Shown here piece after piece: positions 8,240 to 18,037 of a DNA stretch of 64,000 bases; position 1 is the first letter of the stretch; each line of letters starts with the position of its first letter. Origin of the DNA: Candidatus Hydrogenedentota bacterium (lineage in GTDB: Bacteria; Hydrogenedentota; Hydrogenedentia; Hydrogenedentales; SLHB01); assembly GCA_963674865.2 (NCBI GenBank), contig CAXXYE010000008.1, forward strand, positions 224,001 to 288,000. Reading direction: 5' to 3'. A model generated the notes under the pieces. That model was not told the origin of the DNA. It made no database searches and worked only from the letters and a program-made list of their open reading frames with translations. The translations under genes and the position numbers were made by a program.

Positions 8240-10720
8240 TCAGAAGTCGCGGGGAATGCCGAGCATGGCTTCGAGGTACGACTTTGGCGCGGTGTTTGGC
8301 TGGCCTGTGTAAACCGGCGCCTCCTCTTCGGCTGGCCCGCCCTGCGGGAGGAGTTCGTAACGGGCTCCCTTTGCCGTCGCGAAGCGGATTGATTCAGCTT
8401 CCTGAGCGTAGGCGACAGGGGCGTCGGAAGGCGCCATCTGCCTGACGAGCGGCTTTTCCGGCCAAGGCCACGCAACGGTGCATTCATTTCCGAGCAGGCT
8501 CGTGATCTGTGTGCGAGCAGGCGGCAGGCCGGGCTCTTTCCGTGAGGTGACGAGGAAGCCTCCCTCGGCGAGCAAGGTGAAGGATGCCGGCCACTCCGAG
8601 GGGAGCGCCGGGAACAGGCGGATCGTGTGGTCATAGCTCTGGAGTAGCATCTCCGTGATGCCTGTTGCCAAGAGTGCGGATGGTTCCATGCCGCATTGGA
8701 TGAACGGCTGGGTTGGCGTACTGACGCGCTCCTCGCGTTCTCCCGCGTTGCGTATGCGGACATCCTTGTAGCGCGCGGCGTGGTCATGGATGTAGTCGCG
8801 CTGTGCCGTGACGATCGGGTTGGGCGCGCTATCGGCGTAACGCGAGAGGTAATGCCAGTGGTCGATGTTGTAGAAGAGGCCCTGCGGGAAATGCTGGAGC
8901 TGGCGGACGGACATCTTCAAGTCTTCCAGGGCTGCCTCGCCCAGGCCCAGCCGGGCCTTTGCGGCGGCGATAGGGCTGATGGCAAGCCGGTTCGACGGAT
9001 GGGCCTCGGCGCACCGCACGGCCGCCTCGAAAAGGGGCGTGCCTCGATCGGCGAGGCCGAGAAGGCCCGTTGGAAACACGGGGGCCAAGGCCGCACAGAA
9101 GGCGCCCTGGGGGGGCATCTCTATGCCGGGCTTCTCCTCCGCCGCGGCCAAGGCGTCGCCCTTGCCTTGGATTTGTGTGAGTGGATACGGCGCCAGAGAT
9201 TCAAGCACGCGTTGCCACTGTTCGCGCTTGTCCGCATCAACATCGAGCATTTCCGCCACCTCGATGCACGTTTTGAACGTGCCGCGGATTGTGGCGAGGT
9301 CCGTGGTCGTATTAGTGTACTGGTTTCCGGTTTCGCATTCATAGGGTGATGCGGGGAAGATGAAGTAGTGGGAGTTTTCCTCGTCCCAACGTAGATACTG
9401 GAGGTAGAACTCGGCCGCCGCCTTCATGAAGGGATAGGCGCGTTCTTCCAGGAATGCGCGGTCGCCCGTGTAGCGGTAGTAGCGCCAGAAGGCTTGGCCG
9501 ATCTGCGAGGCGGGCGTGAAGGCGTTGACGAAGGAGAGGCTGGTGGAACTCTCCATACGCCCGGCATAGTCGTGCTTCTCATTCCAGAGAAGCGCCCCGT
9601 CGAAGCCGCGTTTCCTGGCATACTCCTCCGCCTGGGGTTTGAGGCGCCAATAGGTGTCGAGATAGGGCTTCATCAACTCGGGATGATTTGCGGCACAGAC
9701 GCTCCAGTAGGCCTGCTGCATGTTCCAATGGTGAGGGTGCACCCACTGCCGCACGTCGCGATTCCACGTCCAGAGGCCGGCGTTGAACAAGAGGGGATAG
9801 TGGCCTCGGGAGCCGCTTCCCATGAGGTACTGGTGGAAGTAGTAGAGATTCTCAAGGTAGTCGTCGCCGATGTGCACGAACGAGGCGTTCCAGTAGCGCT
9901 CCCACCACGCCTCATGCTCGGCCTGCAGCGCCGCCGCGCCCGTGTGTTCGCATTCATCCAGCAGCCGCACGGCCTCGGCGCGCGGATCTGCCGCTTCGCG
10001 GTTCGTGACGACGGCGACAAGCACCGTGAAGCGCTGCACCGGCCGGCAGGAAACCGTCAGGTCCGTGCGGTGAGCGTTCACGACGCGCGCCGTCGCTTCG
10101 CATCCCACCACGCGGCAGGCCACGGCGAAATCGAGAACCTCGAAGTGCTCCTCGACACAGGCGTCTCGGCCTTCGATGGCGGCGTGGGCCTTTCCCAGTC
10201 CCTGCGACGCGCCGCGATGGATGCCGCTGTACCACGAGCCGAAGGCGCGGCTGCCCCATCGTTCGAGCGCCAGGGAGATCGATGAGCCCTGGACGGCGAT
10301 GTCGCCGCGTCCCTCGACTTCAACGTCGAGAGCCAGAACATTATGGTTCGCCAGGACGCGGGCTGCCGTGCGTAAGCGCATGAACGGCGTCGTGGCCTGA
10401 AAAGCAGCCTCGGCTCGATAGAGCGACAAGCGTCCCTCAAAATCGTCCAGGTAGAGCCAGTCAAAGACGGGTGTCGCCGTATCCAAGGAGAGCCTCGCGC
10501 AGGAGCGTAGGAGCATGCCGGACTCCTGGTTGGGCTGATCCCATGTGTCGCTCTTGTTGATTTGGATCTGCAATCCGGAATCGGTGCACCAAACCATGGC
10601 GCCGAGGTCGCCGTTGCCAAGCGGGAAACCTTCGTAGCCCTCCTTGGGCGGCGAGAGGTAGACGACCTCGTGTTTTGCGAGAAACGACGGGTAGTCTAGA
10701 TTGAATACGGCCAGCTCCAT
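8240..10720 (-). CDS. GH95/GH65-like (alpha/alpha)6 glycoside hydrolase (DUF5703-type N-terminus)
   Basis: FPLGNGDLGAMVW, YYFHQYLMGS, AYPFMKAAAEFY, ASPYE, EMLLQSYD..IRLFPALP; ATG 10720 with RBS AAGGAG. Confidence 0.75.
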   Translation of the reverse strand: MELAVFNLDYPSFLAKHEVVYLSPPKEGYEGFPLGNGDLGAMVWCTDSGLQIQINKSDTWDQPNQESGMLLRSCARLSLDTATPVFDWLYLDDFEGRLSLYRAEAAFQATTPFMRLRTAARVLANHNVLALDVEVEGRGDIAVQGSSISLALERWGSRAFGSWYSGIHRGASQGLGKAHAAIEGRDACVEEHFEVLDFAVACRVVGCEATARVVNAHRTDLTVSCRPVQRFTVLVAVVTNREAADPRAEAVRLLDECEHTGAAALQAEHEAWWERYWNASFVHIGDDYLENLYYFHQYLMGSGSRGHYPLLFNAGLWTWNRDVRQWVHPHHWNMQQAYWSVCAANHPELMKPYLDTYWRLKPQAEEYARKRGFDGALLWNEKHDYAGRMESSTSLSFVNAFTPASQIGQAFWRYYRYTGDRAFLEERAYPFMKAAAEFYLQYLRWDEENSHYFIFPASPYECETGNQYTNTTTDLATIRGTFKTCIEVAEMLDVDADKREQWQRVLESLAPYPLTQIQGKGDALAAAEEKPGIEMPPQGAFCAALAPVFPTGLLGLADRGTPLFEAAVRCAEAHPSNRLAISPIAAAKARLGLGEAALEDLKMSVRQLQHFPQGLFYNIDHWHYLSRYADSAPNPIVTAQRDYIHDHAARYKDVRIRNAGEREERVSTPTQPFIQCGMEPSALLATGITEMLLQSYDHTIRLFPALPSEWPASFTLLAEGGFLVTSRKEPGLPPARTQITSLLGNECTVAWPWPEKPLVRQMAPSDAPVAYAQEAESIRFATAKGARYELLPQGGPAEEEAPVYTGQPNTAPKSYLEAMLGIPRDF

Positions 10721-10877
10721 GTGTCGTATCTCCTTCTCCTTACCGCGGCTTCGGGCGGCCATTCGGCTGGGACTGTTGCCTGCGGCGCTTGCGCCATGGG
10801 CGATGCGGGGCGGATTGTACCACCTCGAAAGGAAAAGCCGGGACTATTCTGGCGTGGCGCATTGTGCTGAAGCGCTA

Positions 10878-12662
10878 TCAAGAGGAAGCGGACTCGGATT
10901 CCCGCTTGGCAAACGAGCGGATTCTCAGGTCGGGCGCGAGCAGCGTGACGCCGTTGCCGGTGGACTTGTACACGATGCAGCCTGGGGAGATGAACACGTC
11001 ATTGCCGATGCGTACGGGCCCTTGTACTCCAGCGTGGTGGGATACGGTGACGTTATCGCCGATCTCAGGAATGGCCGGCGAGGCGGACTCGTCTTCGCTG
11101 CCCACACAAGACGGCCCGATCATCCCGCCAACCATCACCGTAAAGCGGCTGCCCGCATGGCCGCAGATGAACACGCCCGCCGGCTGCGGTATGTACAGGC
11201 CACCGCCGATCCGGGAGCGAGGTGCGATATCGGCTCCCGTCAGGTAGACGTTGGCGAGCCAGCATGCCCGAGCCACGCGAAGAAAGCCTTTTCGGTGGAA
11301 GTAGTGGGACCACCGGTAGAGCCAGACACAAAGGTAAGCGGGAAACAGCAGGCGTTTGATCGAGTTGGACACGCCGTTGCGCTTGAGTTCCTCGCGCATC
11401 CGCCGCCGGTCCTCACGCAGCAACGCCACGACCTCGCGCCGCGTTTGTGGCGACGCCTGGCCTCCATCCGTGGGCACCTCATACTCGCCCTGCGCCGGCG
11501 CCTCTGTCGAGGTCGAGCCACGGGAGGACGTATTCAGCGCCATGGCGTGTGGACCCATGTCGGAGGTCACGAGGGCTTTGGGGAATATGCGCCCGCCCTC
11601 TCCGACGGTAGCGGGGCCAAGGACTCCCGCGTGGCCGGTGATGACGACGTCATCGCCCAGGATCGGCCCGGCGGATAGGGGAGCGCTGAGGACGCCGTCC
11701 ATTGGAGTGGCCAGAGAGAGCGCGTAGCAGGTGAAGTCGCTTCCGGCGTTGCCGCTGAACGCAAAACAGGATGGATGAGGCAAGAATGCGCGTGGGCCGA
11801 TGCAGCTCCCCGGATGGATTGTTGCCTTGTTGATGAGGATGTTGAGCCAGCACACCGCGATGGACAGCCGCTGCCATCCCCGGACGAAGAGCAGATGCGA
11901 TAGGCGGTAGAGGGCCGAGGCGAGGATCTGAGTCGTGAGTAATGCGCTGATTACGTGGCCGGCCTTCAGTCTCACGGATTCTTCTCCGAGGCGCCGATCG
12001 GTATAGTGCTGGATATCCGTCCGCAAGTCCTGGATGGTGTTTCGCCACCGCCCGTGATCACGGACACAAACGGGGCGGTCCTGGCTTGGGCGCCGTTTAC
12101 ACTCGCCTTCGACAGGCCCGCGGCGAGGTACGGCGACGACATCGGAGGGGATGTCCCTTGTCGTTACTGACGCGCCGAAGCCGATCCAAACGCTATCGCC
12201 TATCCGAAAAGGCCCAAGAATTCCGCCGCAGAAGCCGATGCGAAATTCATCGCCCACCAGGGGCATGCCGGGGCCCGCTCCGATGTCTTTCGTCTTCCAG
12301 CTCGTTCCGATTCCTGAGCAAGGCATGAAGGTGGCATTCTTGCCGGCCCGTCCGGAGATAGCCACTCCATGGGGACTGGGAATGAGCAAGCCGCCCCCGA
12401 TATGGCTGTCTGGGTGTATCTCCGCGCCGCTTACCGCCGCGTTAAGTTGAGTCAGAATGTGGGCCAGTTTGCCGCGGCCTTTGCAGCGCCAGTAGTGCGC
12501 GAGCCTGTAGAGAAGCACGCAGACGTAGGAGGGGTCCAATCGCCAGGTTCTGGGACTATAGCCGAACTTCGCCGCGAGGTGCTTCCTGATGCGGCGGCGA
12601 TCTTCCCGCAGCCGTCGCCGCGTCTCTTTCCAATCGACGTTCTCAGTCACGGAAGTGGCCAA
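10878..12662 (-). CDS. Triple tandem serine O-acetyltransferase-like (left-handed beta-helix) protein, probable EPS O-acetyltransferase
   Basis: Three repeats of [LR(E/T)D helix, (L)YR(L/W)xH, IxPxSxIG hexapeptides, Px(I/L)GD.V....GP..IG]. Confidence 0.8.
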   Translation of the reverse strand: MATSVTENVDWKETRRRLREDRRRIRKHLAAKFGYSPRTWRLDPSYVCVLLYRLAHYWRCKGRGKLAHILTQLNAAVSGAEIHPDSHIGGGLLIPSPHGVAISGRAGKNATFMPCSGIGTSWKTKDIGAGPGMPLVGDEFRIGFCGGILGPFRIGDSVWIGFGASVTTRDIPSDVVAVPRRGPVEGECKRRPSQDRPVCVRDHGRWRNTIQDLRTDIQHYTDRRLGEESVRLKAGHVISALLTTQILASALYRLSHLLFVRGWQRLSIAVCWLNILINKATIHPGSCIGPRAFLPHPSCFAFSGNAGSDFTCYALSLATPMDGVLSAPLSAGPILGDDVVITGHAGVLGPATVGEGGRIFPKALVTSDMGPHAMALNTSSRGSTSTEAPAQGEYEVPTDGGQASPQTRREVVALLREDRRRMREELKRNGVSNSIKRLLFPAYLCVWLYRWSHYFHRKGFLRVARACWLANVYLTGADIAPRSRIGGGLYIPQPAGVFICGHAGSRFTVMVGGMIGPSCVGSEDESASPAIPEIGDNVTVSHHAGVQGPVRIGNDVFISPGCIVYKSTGNGVTLLAPDLRIRSFAKRESESASS

Positions 12663-12696
12663 AGCTCCTCGAGTGATGTGCGTTCTATTCCGGTTT

Positions 12697-14154
12697 CTAG
12701 CGCGTGACGGACGAGAACTCCCGCCGGTAGCTCGCTGCCATGGGCGATGTCATGAGGGCCAATAGGGCCAGGCCACTCAGGCAACCGCCCAAGGCTACGC
12801 GAATGAGACATGATCCGGGAATCAAGTGGAGAGCGGCGAAGAGCAGCGCCGCGGGGGTCAAGGCCCACAAGAGTGGCAGGTCGGGCCGGAGACTCTTCTC
12901 CCGGGCCTTCAATATGAGAGACGCTCCGAGGCAGAAGGAGACCTCGGTGAGGGCCGCGATGGCGGCGGCGAAGAAGAAGGGGTGGCGCGGCAGGAGCAGG
13001 ATGTTGGCGCCGAGATTTAGCGCGAAGACGGTGACGCTCAGGCCCAGTAGACTCTTCTCCTGTCCATCCGCCAGTAGCGCGGTGGCGAATACGGGCGTGA
13101 GCCACGCGAAGCAGAAGGCTAGTGCCAGCCACTGAAGCGCGACAACCGCCGAGAGGTCGCCGGCGCCGTATTTGCTGCCGTACAGCAATTCAATGAGGTG
13201 CGGCGCCAAGACGCAGGCCGCCGCGCCGCCGATAGCCCCGATGCCGGCCGCCAGTCGGCATGTGCCCATCACCAGCCTTGCGAACCGCGGCCGATCGGCG
13301 ATGGCCAGGCGGGATAGTTCCGGCACCAAGGGCACCATCAGCACCCATGGCAGGGCGAGTAGCGGCTGAACCGGCCGAAAGGCCGCCGCAAACGCACCGG
13401 CTTCCTCGGCGGGGCGCATGAGCCAAACCAGAAACATGCCGCCCCGCATGTAGAGGTGATAGAAGAGCACCGCCAAGCCTAAGGTGAGAAGCTTGCGGAG
13501 AAACGCCCATATTTCACGGTTGAAGAGGCGGGGGCGAGGCGTGAATCCGAGCACGCGTGACGCGAGAAATCGGTTGCCGACGATGACGCACGCTTCACGC
13601 AGGACGATGAGCAACGCGAAGGATGGCCCTCGCGCGCGCAGAAATAGTAGTCCCGCGCATCCGGCAAGCAAGAGGCCTTGAGTTCCTACGGCGAGCAGGG
13701 TGGGGGCCTTCCAGGCTTGACGCACTTGAAAGGCGGGGAGTACGCCGTTGAGATACATGAAGGCAATCACCGCCGCCGCCGCGCACAGCGCCCAGCGTTG
13801 CCGGCCGTTCTCGTGTCCGAGCGCCATGGCGATACAGGCAAGAGCCAATACCGCGCCCAATAGGGCTCGCCATCCAAGCAATCCCTCGATGATCGTCTTC
13901 TCACGCTCTGGCGCGGCCACCGTCTCCCGTGTGGCGACGTTTCCCATTCCCAGGTCCATGATGTCGCGGCCCAACGCCAGGAGGGTGCTGACGAGCGCGA
14001 AGAAGCCGAAGTCCTGAGGCGGCAGACTGCGCCCGAGCAGGATGGTGATGGCCAATGACAGCGTCAGGACGGCGAGTGTGCCGCCCAGCAGCGTGGCCTG
14101 GCTCCCCTGAACCGTGCCTTTGTTGCGATGGATCGTCTGGGCCGGCTCGCTCAC
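12697..14154 (-). CDS. Wzx-like oligosaccharide flippase 1
   Basis: Polytopic membrane protein; DFGFFALV..DLGMG, LLYGSKY; GTG start overlaps the upstream stop. Confidence 0.8.
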   Translation of the reverse strand: MSEPAQTIHRNKGTVQGSQATLLGGTLAVLTLSLAITILLGRSLPPQDFGFFALVSTLLALGRDIMDLGMGNVATRETVAAPEREKTIIEGLLGWRALLGAVLALACIAMALGHENGRQRWALCAAAAVIAFMYLNGVLPAFQVRQAWKAPTLLAVGTQGLLLAGCAGLLFLRARGPSFALLIVLREACVIVGNRFLASRVLGFTPRPRLFNREIWAFLRKLLTLGLAVLFYHLYMRGGMFLVWLMRPAEEAGAFAAAFRPVQPLLALPWVLMVPLVPELSRLAIADRPRFARLVMGTCRLAAGIGAIGGAAACVLAPHLIELLYGSKYGAGDLSAVVALQWLALAFCFAWLTPVFATALLADGQEKSLLGLSVTVFALNLGANILLLPRHPFFFAAAIAALTEVSFCLGASLILKAREKSLRPDLPLLWALTPAALLFAALHLIPGSCLIRVALGGCLSGLALLALMTSPMAASYRREFSSVTR

Positions 14155-15671
14155 GGATTCCTCGTCTCCTGCTCCGAGTCGCACGGCTCAACGCCGCATC
14201 CTTGCTCTTCCGATGCGGACTGGGGGCGGAACCGGCCGACTACTGAACGATGGAGTTCGCGCAGCCGCTCCAGCGGCACGCCTCCAAGCGTCAGTGCGAG
14301 GCCCAGGTACACGGGCGCTACGAGCATGCCCGCCCAGATGGTTCCCATGATTCCGAGCAGGCGGCACGCCAGCAAGGCCAGGAATGCGCAGAGCACCGTC
14401 ACACAGATTCGTTTCCACTGTAGCCAGACGCCGGCCAGGTACTGACTGATGAGGATCATCGGCACCATTCCCACCACTGCTTCGACGCCCACGTCACCGA
14501 TGGCCGCCCCGAGCCGCCCATGGCGTGGGATGAGCCACGAGAAGGCAGCGGCCTTGCAGATGACTAGGATTATCGTGAGCCATAGCGCCTGATGCTGGCG
14601 CCCAGCCACGATCACCAGGGGCGACATCATGGTGGAGATGCTCCTCGCGATGACGCCGAATGAGAGGATTCGGAGAAGCGTCGCCGCCGCCGCCATCTCC
14701 GGCCCGACGAGGGCAACAAGCCATTCCGCGCTGGCATTGAGGATGCAGAAGAGGCCGGCGCCTATGAGTACGGCCGATTCCAGGGCATGCTGCTGCGTTC
14801 GCTTGAAGTTTGCCGTCGATTCCTTCCAGTAGGTGGCCAAAGGTGTATACACCGTGCCGCTGATGGCCTGGATAATAATGATGACGGGAAACACGAAGCG
14901 CATCGCGCACGAGTAGTAGGCGACATCGCGCATGTCTCCCATCTTCGACAGCATCAGGGGGGCAAGCGTGTCATACGCGCACACCAGCAGGCCTACGAAG
15001 CCCAGCGGCAGGGCCGCCCGGAAGACGCCCCAGCCGTCTTCGCCGCGCATGCGCGGTACGCCGAAGCTCATCTCGCGTCGCCCGAAGAGGACCACGGCGG
15101 CGAAGAAGACGGCGCGAGATAGCGTGTAGCATGCCACGAGGGTGACAACGGACGCATTTGCCGCGCTCGCGAACCATACGGCGGGGGCCATCACGAGTAT
15201 GCCTACGACCTCCCCCGCGACATCTCTTTCCATGCGCATGGTGCACCGGAAGAAGGTTCGCCATATCAGGACGCCGGCGTAGAAGAACAGGCCGAGCCCG
15301 CCGACGATGCCGGCATGTACGATGTGGGCGGGGTAACGGAGGCCGTAGAGCGCCCCGATCAGCAACGCGAACACCGTCACTGCCTGGGCCGCCTTTATCA
15401 CACAGAGGGACGCCAGCAGGACGCCTTGGCGTTCCGGCCGCTGACAGATGGCGCGCACCGCGATGTCGGTGGTGCCGAAGTCCACGAGCCATTCCGCGAT
15501 GAGCAGCACACTCAGGAGCAGGGAATACTCACCGAAGCGCTCCGAGCCGGCCTGCCGGACGATGATTGCGGCAATGCCGAGGCGGGCGGCGCTCAGGAAT
15601 AAACGCCCGGCCATCTGGCTTACGGCGTTCTTGACTATGCTCCAGCCGAGGTTGTGGGGCAGGCCCTTCAT
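14151..15671 (-). CDS. Wzx-like oligosaccharide flippase 2
   Basis: IVKNAVSQMAG, FGEYSLL...DFGT, LIPRHGRLGAAIG; many hydrophobic segments. Confidence 0.85.
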   Translation of the reverse strand: MKGLPHNLGWSIVKNAVSQMAGRLFLSAARLGIAAIIVRQAGSERFGEYSLLLSVLLIAEWLVDFGTTDIAVRAICQRPERQGVLLASLCVIKAAQAVTVFALLIGALYGLRYPAHIVHAGIVGGLGLFFYAGVLIWRTFFRCTMRMERDVAGEVVGILVMAPAVWFASAANASVVTLVACYTLSRAVFFAAVVLFGRREMSFGVPRMRGEDGWGVFRAALPLGFVGLLVCAYDTLAPLMLSKMGDMRDVAYYSCAMRFVFPVIIIIQAISGTVYTPLATYWKESTANFKRTQQHALESAVLIGAGLFCILNASAEWLVALVGPEMAAAATLLRILSFGVIARSISTMMSPLVIVAGRQHQALWLTIILVICKAAAFSWLIPRHGRLGAAIGDVGVEAVVGMVPMILISQYLAGVWLQWKRICVTVLCAFLALLACRLLGIMGTIWAGMLVAPVYLGLALTLGGVPLERLRELHRSVVGRFRPQSASEEQGCGVEPCDSEQETRNP

Positions 15672-17233
15672 TCAGTTGCTGCTTGGCCGGACGGCGCGAG
15701 GACTGGCCTAATGGGCGCCGCGCATCTTTGCGCCGGGGCCTCCGCGGCACGGTTCTCTTGTTCCCGATAGTAAATGGCAACAATCAACGCAGCCACAATC
15801 CAGAACACCCTTCCGCAGGAGGGATTCCGGACGAAGAAGCTGCCTAAGCCGTCCACCATAAGCGCGATGAGGCCGCTCATCAATCCGATGTTCATCGTGT
15901 AGAGCGTCAGATCTCGCACGTTCTTCGCGTTCTTGAAAGCCAGCCAGAGCAGATAGATGTTGAGGGCCAAGAACCATAGGAATCCGATGGTGCCTTGCTC
16001 GGCCCACGTCAGCAGGTAGATGTTGTGAACGACGGGCCAGTTCCTTCCGAATCGTTCCGTCATCTTTTGAGGGCCGGCGTAGCGGGTGTACTTGGGCATA
16101 TTGAAGACGAAGGAGTTCAGGCCGAAGCCCATGATCGGCTTCTCCTTGATCATCTTCCAGGCCACCTGGTTCCACTCATAGCGGAAGCTCAAGGCACCGG
16201 GGTCGCTTTGCGTAAAGCGCTTCACGATGGGCCCGGAAAACGCCAGGGCCGCCACGGCCGTCGCGACGATCAGTCCGGCGCGAACCAGGAAATAGCGCCT
16301 GCGGAGGATCGGATGCATGAAGGAGAGAAGCAGGAGCGAGACAAAGCCAATGGCAAAGGATATCCAGCCCGTTCGGGACAAGGTCAGTAGCAGTGCGGCG
16401 GAGCCTGCGGCGACGGCTACGACGGCCCCTGCCTTGAGGAGCGCGTTGACGCGGCTGAACACGACGGAAAGGCACATGGGAAGCAGTAGCGCAAGATAGG
16501 CGGCCATAAGATTGGGGTGGCCCATCAAGCCGCCCACGCGGAAGACGTTGGATGCCCCTCGGTAGGTGGTTTCGGATGCGTACTTGATGGATTCCTCGGT
16601 GGCCTCTCCTAGGAATTGCAGGCCGAGATTGGCCCGAAACGCAAACTGGATCATGGCCACCATCGACTGAAAAGCGATGCCAATGGCGAGGGCGCTGAAG
16701 ACATGGATGAACTGCTTGGGCCTTTGTACCTCGTTCGCGATGACGAGGAAGAGGACAAGACACTTGAGCATGCGGAACACTTCGTGGCCCGCGATGTGGC
16801 GATACGGCCCGAGGAGCATGTTGAGCATGCCCAGTCCGATCATCGCGCCCCAACAGATAACGAGTCCCGAGGTGCGAATGCGCGGCCGTCGGCCCTCGAA
16901 ATGATCGCGGGCGATATAGAGCACCAGCGGGATCAAGAACAGATCGGCAAGATTGATTGTATAGGCCCCCGCGCCTCCCATGTGTGGTATGGGCATGAAG
17001 TGCTTGCCAAATTCCACCGGCGCGGACAGAACCAGCCCCCACAGAAAGAACAGTCGGGGATTGCCGGACATGTAGAGGCCCACGCAGAGCAGAAAAATGC
17101 CGGCGATCAGTACCGCGGTCGGCTTACTGGTGAGGAACAGGGCAATGATGCCGCCGCCCGCGGCAGCGGCGACAAGCACCGGGAGGAGCGACTGCGTCAG
17201 GAGCAGTTTGGCGGATGGACTCAGGTGTCGCAT
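15668..17233 (-). CDS. Wzy polymerase / O-antigen-ligase-family protein
   Basis: RVGGLMGHPN, LTLSRTGW, PIMGFGLNSF, VHNIYL...EQGTIG (Wzy_C motifs). Confidence 0.85.
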   Translation of the reverse strand: MRHLSPSAKLLLTQSLLPVLVAAAAGGGIIALFLTSKPTAVLIAGIFLLCVGLYMSGNPRLFFLWGLVLSAPVEFGKHFMPIPHMGGAGAYTINLADLFLIPLVLYIARDHFEGRRPRIRTSGLVICWGAMIGLGMLNMLLGPYRHIAGHEVFRMLKCLVLFLVIANEVQRPKQFIHVFSALAIGIAFQSMVAMIQFAFRANLGLQFLGEATEESIKYASETTYRGASNVFRVGGLMGHPNLMAAYLALLLPMCLSVVFSRVNALLKAGAVVAVAAGSAALLLTLSRTGWISFAIGFVSLLLLSFMHPILRRRYFLVRAGLIVATAVAALAFSGPIVKRFTQSDPGALSFRYEWNQVAWKMIKEKPIMGFGLNSFVFNMPKYTRYAGPQKMTERFGRNWPVVHNIYLLTWAEQGTIGFLWFLALNIYLLWLAFKNAKNVRDLTLYTMNIGLMSGLIALMVDGLGSFFVRNPSCGRVFWIVAALIVAIYYREQENRAAEAPAQRCAAPIRPVLAPSGQAATE

Positions 17234-17285
17234 GAATATGGCTTATGTCACTCAATGCCGCCGTCAGGATTTCCGTCCGCGTGCG

Positions 17286-18032
17286 CTATTGCTCATGCAA
17301 CATGACAACGCGGAAGTCGGGGATTTGGTTGTCGGCCAAAGCCCGCTGGCATCGCTCCAGGTCCTCAAGCATGGTTACGTTTTCCTGCACGAGGATGAGC
17401 GTCAGATCCATTTGAGAGGCCACGAGGATGTGCCGGGTATCCTTCAGTGCGGGGCCTTGCTGTACAAGCACGTAGTCGAAGCCGCTTGTCGCCTGCTCCA
17501 GGAAGGCACGCACCACCTCCGGCTTGAGAGGCGGGAAGCCGCCCACCGGCGGCCTGCCCGCGGAGATTGCCGACACGCCTCGCCTCGCGGTTGGCGCGAT
17601 TAAGTCCCGCGGCTCACATTGGCCTGTGTAAACAGCGTCCATGAAGCCCGGCGTGTCGAGTAAGCCTAGGGGCGCGCCGGGCCCTCCCGTCCCGAAGGTG
17701 GCATCGATGATGAGGACGCGTGCGTCGAACTCGTCCTGGAGCGCAAAAGCGAGCATGAGAGCGACTTCCGTGTCTGCCTCGATCTCGTGGGATGAGGTAA
17801 GGGCAATGAGGCGTGGCGCCTCATGGGCTTCGAGATCCGTTTGTAGCTGTCTGGCCAGGAATCGATAGGAGCGGGAGGCGGGCTCCTGTGGTTTGAATAA
17901 CTTCATCAGGTGCCGTGTCCACCAGCGGCGCACCAGGGCAACGCCCCGCGGCTTCCCGGTTTCCGGAGCGCGGGCCTCTGTTTCGGCGTCTCGATGCTTT
18001 GATGTTTCGTCGAGGGACACGTTTCGCTCCAT
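17286..18032 (-). CDS. CpsD/CapB-like BY-kinase domain with degenerate Walker motifs
   Basis: SYRFLARQL, IALTSS, RVLIIDA, FDYVLV...P pattern; adjacent to the co-polymerase gene. Confidence 0.7.
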   Translation of the reverse strand: MERNVSLDETSKHRDAETEARAPETGKPRGVALVRRWWTRHLMKLFKPQEPASRSYRFLARQLQTDLEAHEAPRLIALTSSHEIEADTEVALMLAFALQDEFDARVLIIDATFGTGGPGAPLGLLDTPGFMDAVYTGQCEPRDLIAPTARRGVSAISAGRPPVGGFPPLKPEVVRAFLEQATSGFDYVLVQQGPALKDTRHILVASQMDLTLILVQENVTMLEDLERCQRALADNQIPDFRVVMLHEQ

Positions 18033-18037
18033 CAGTT

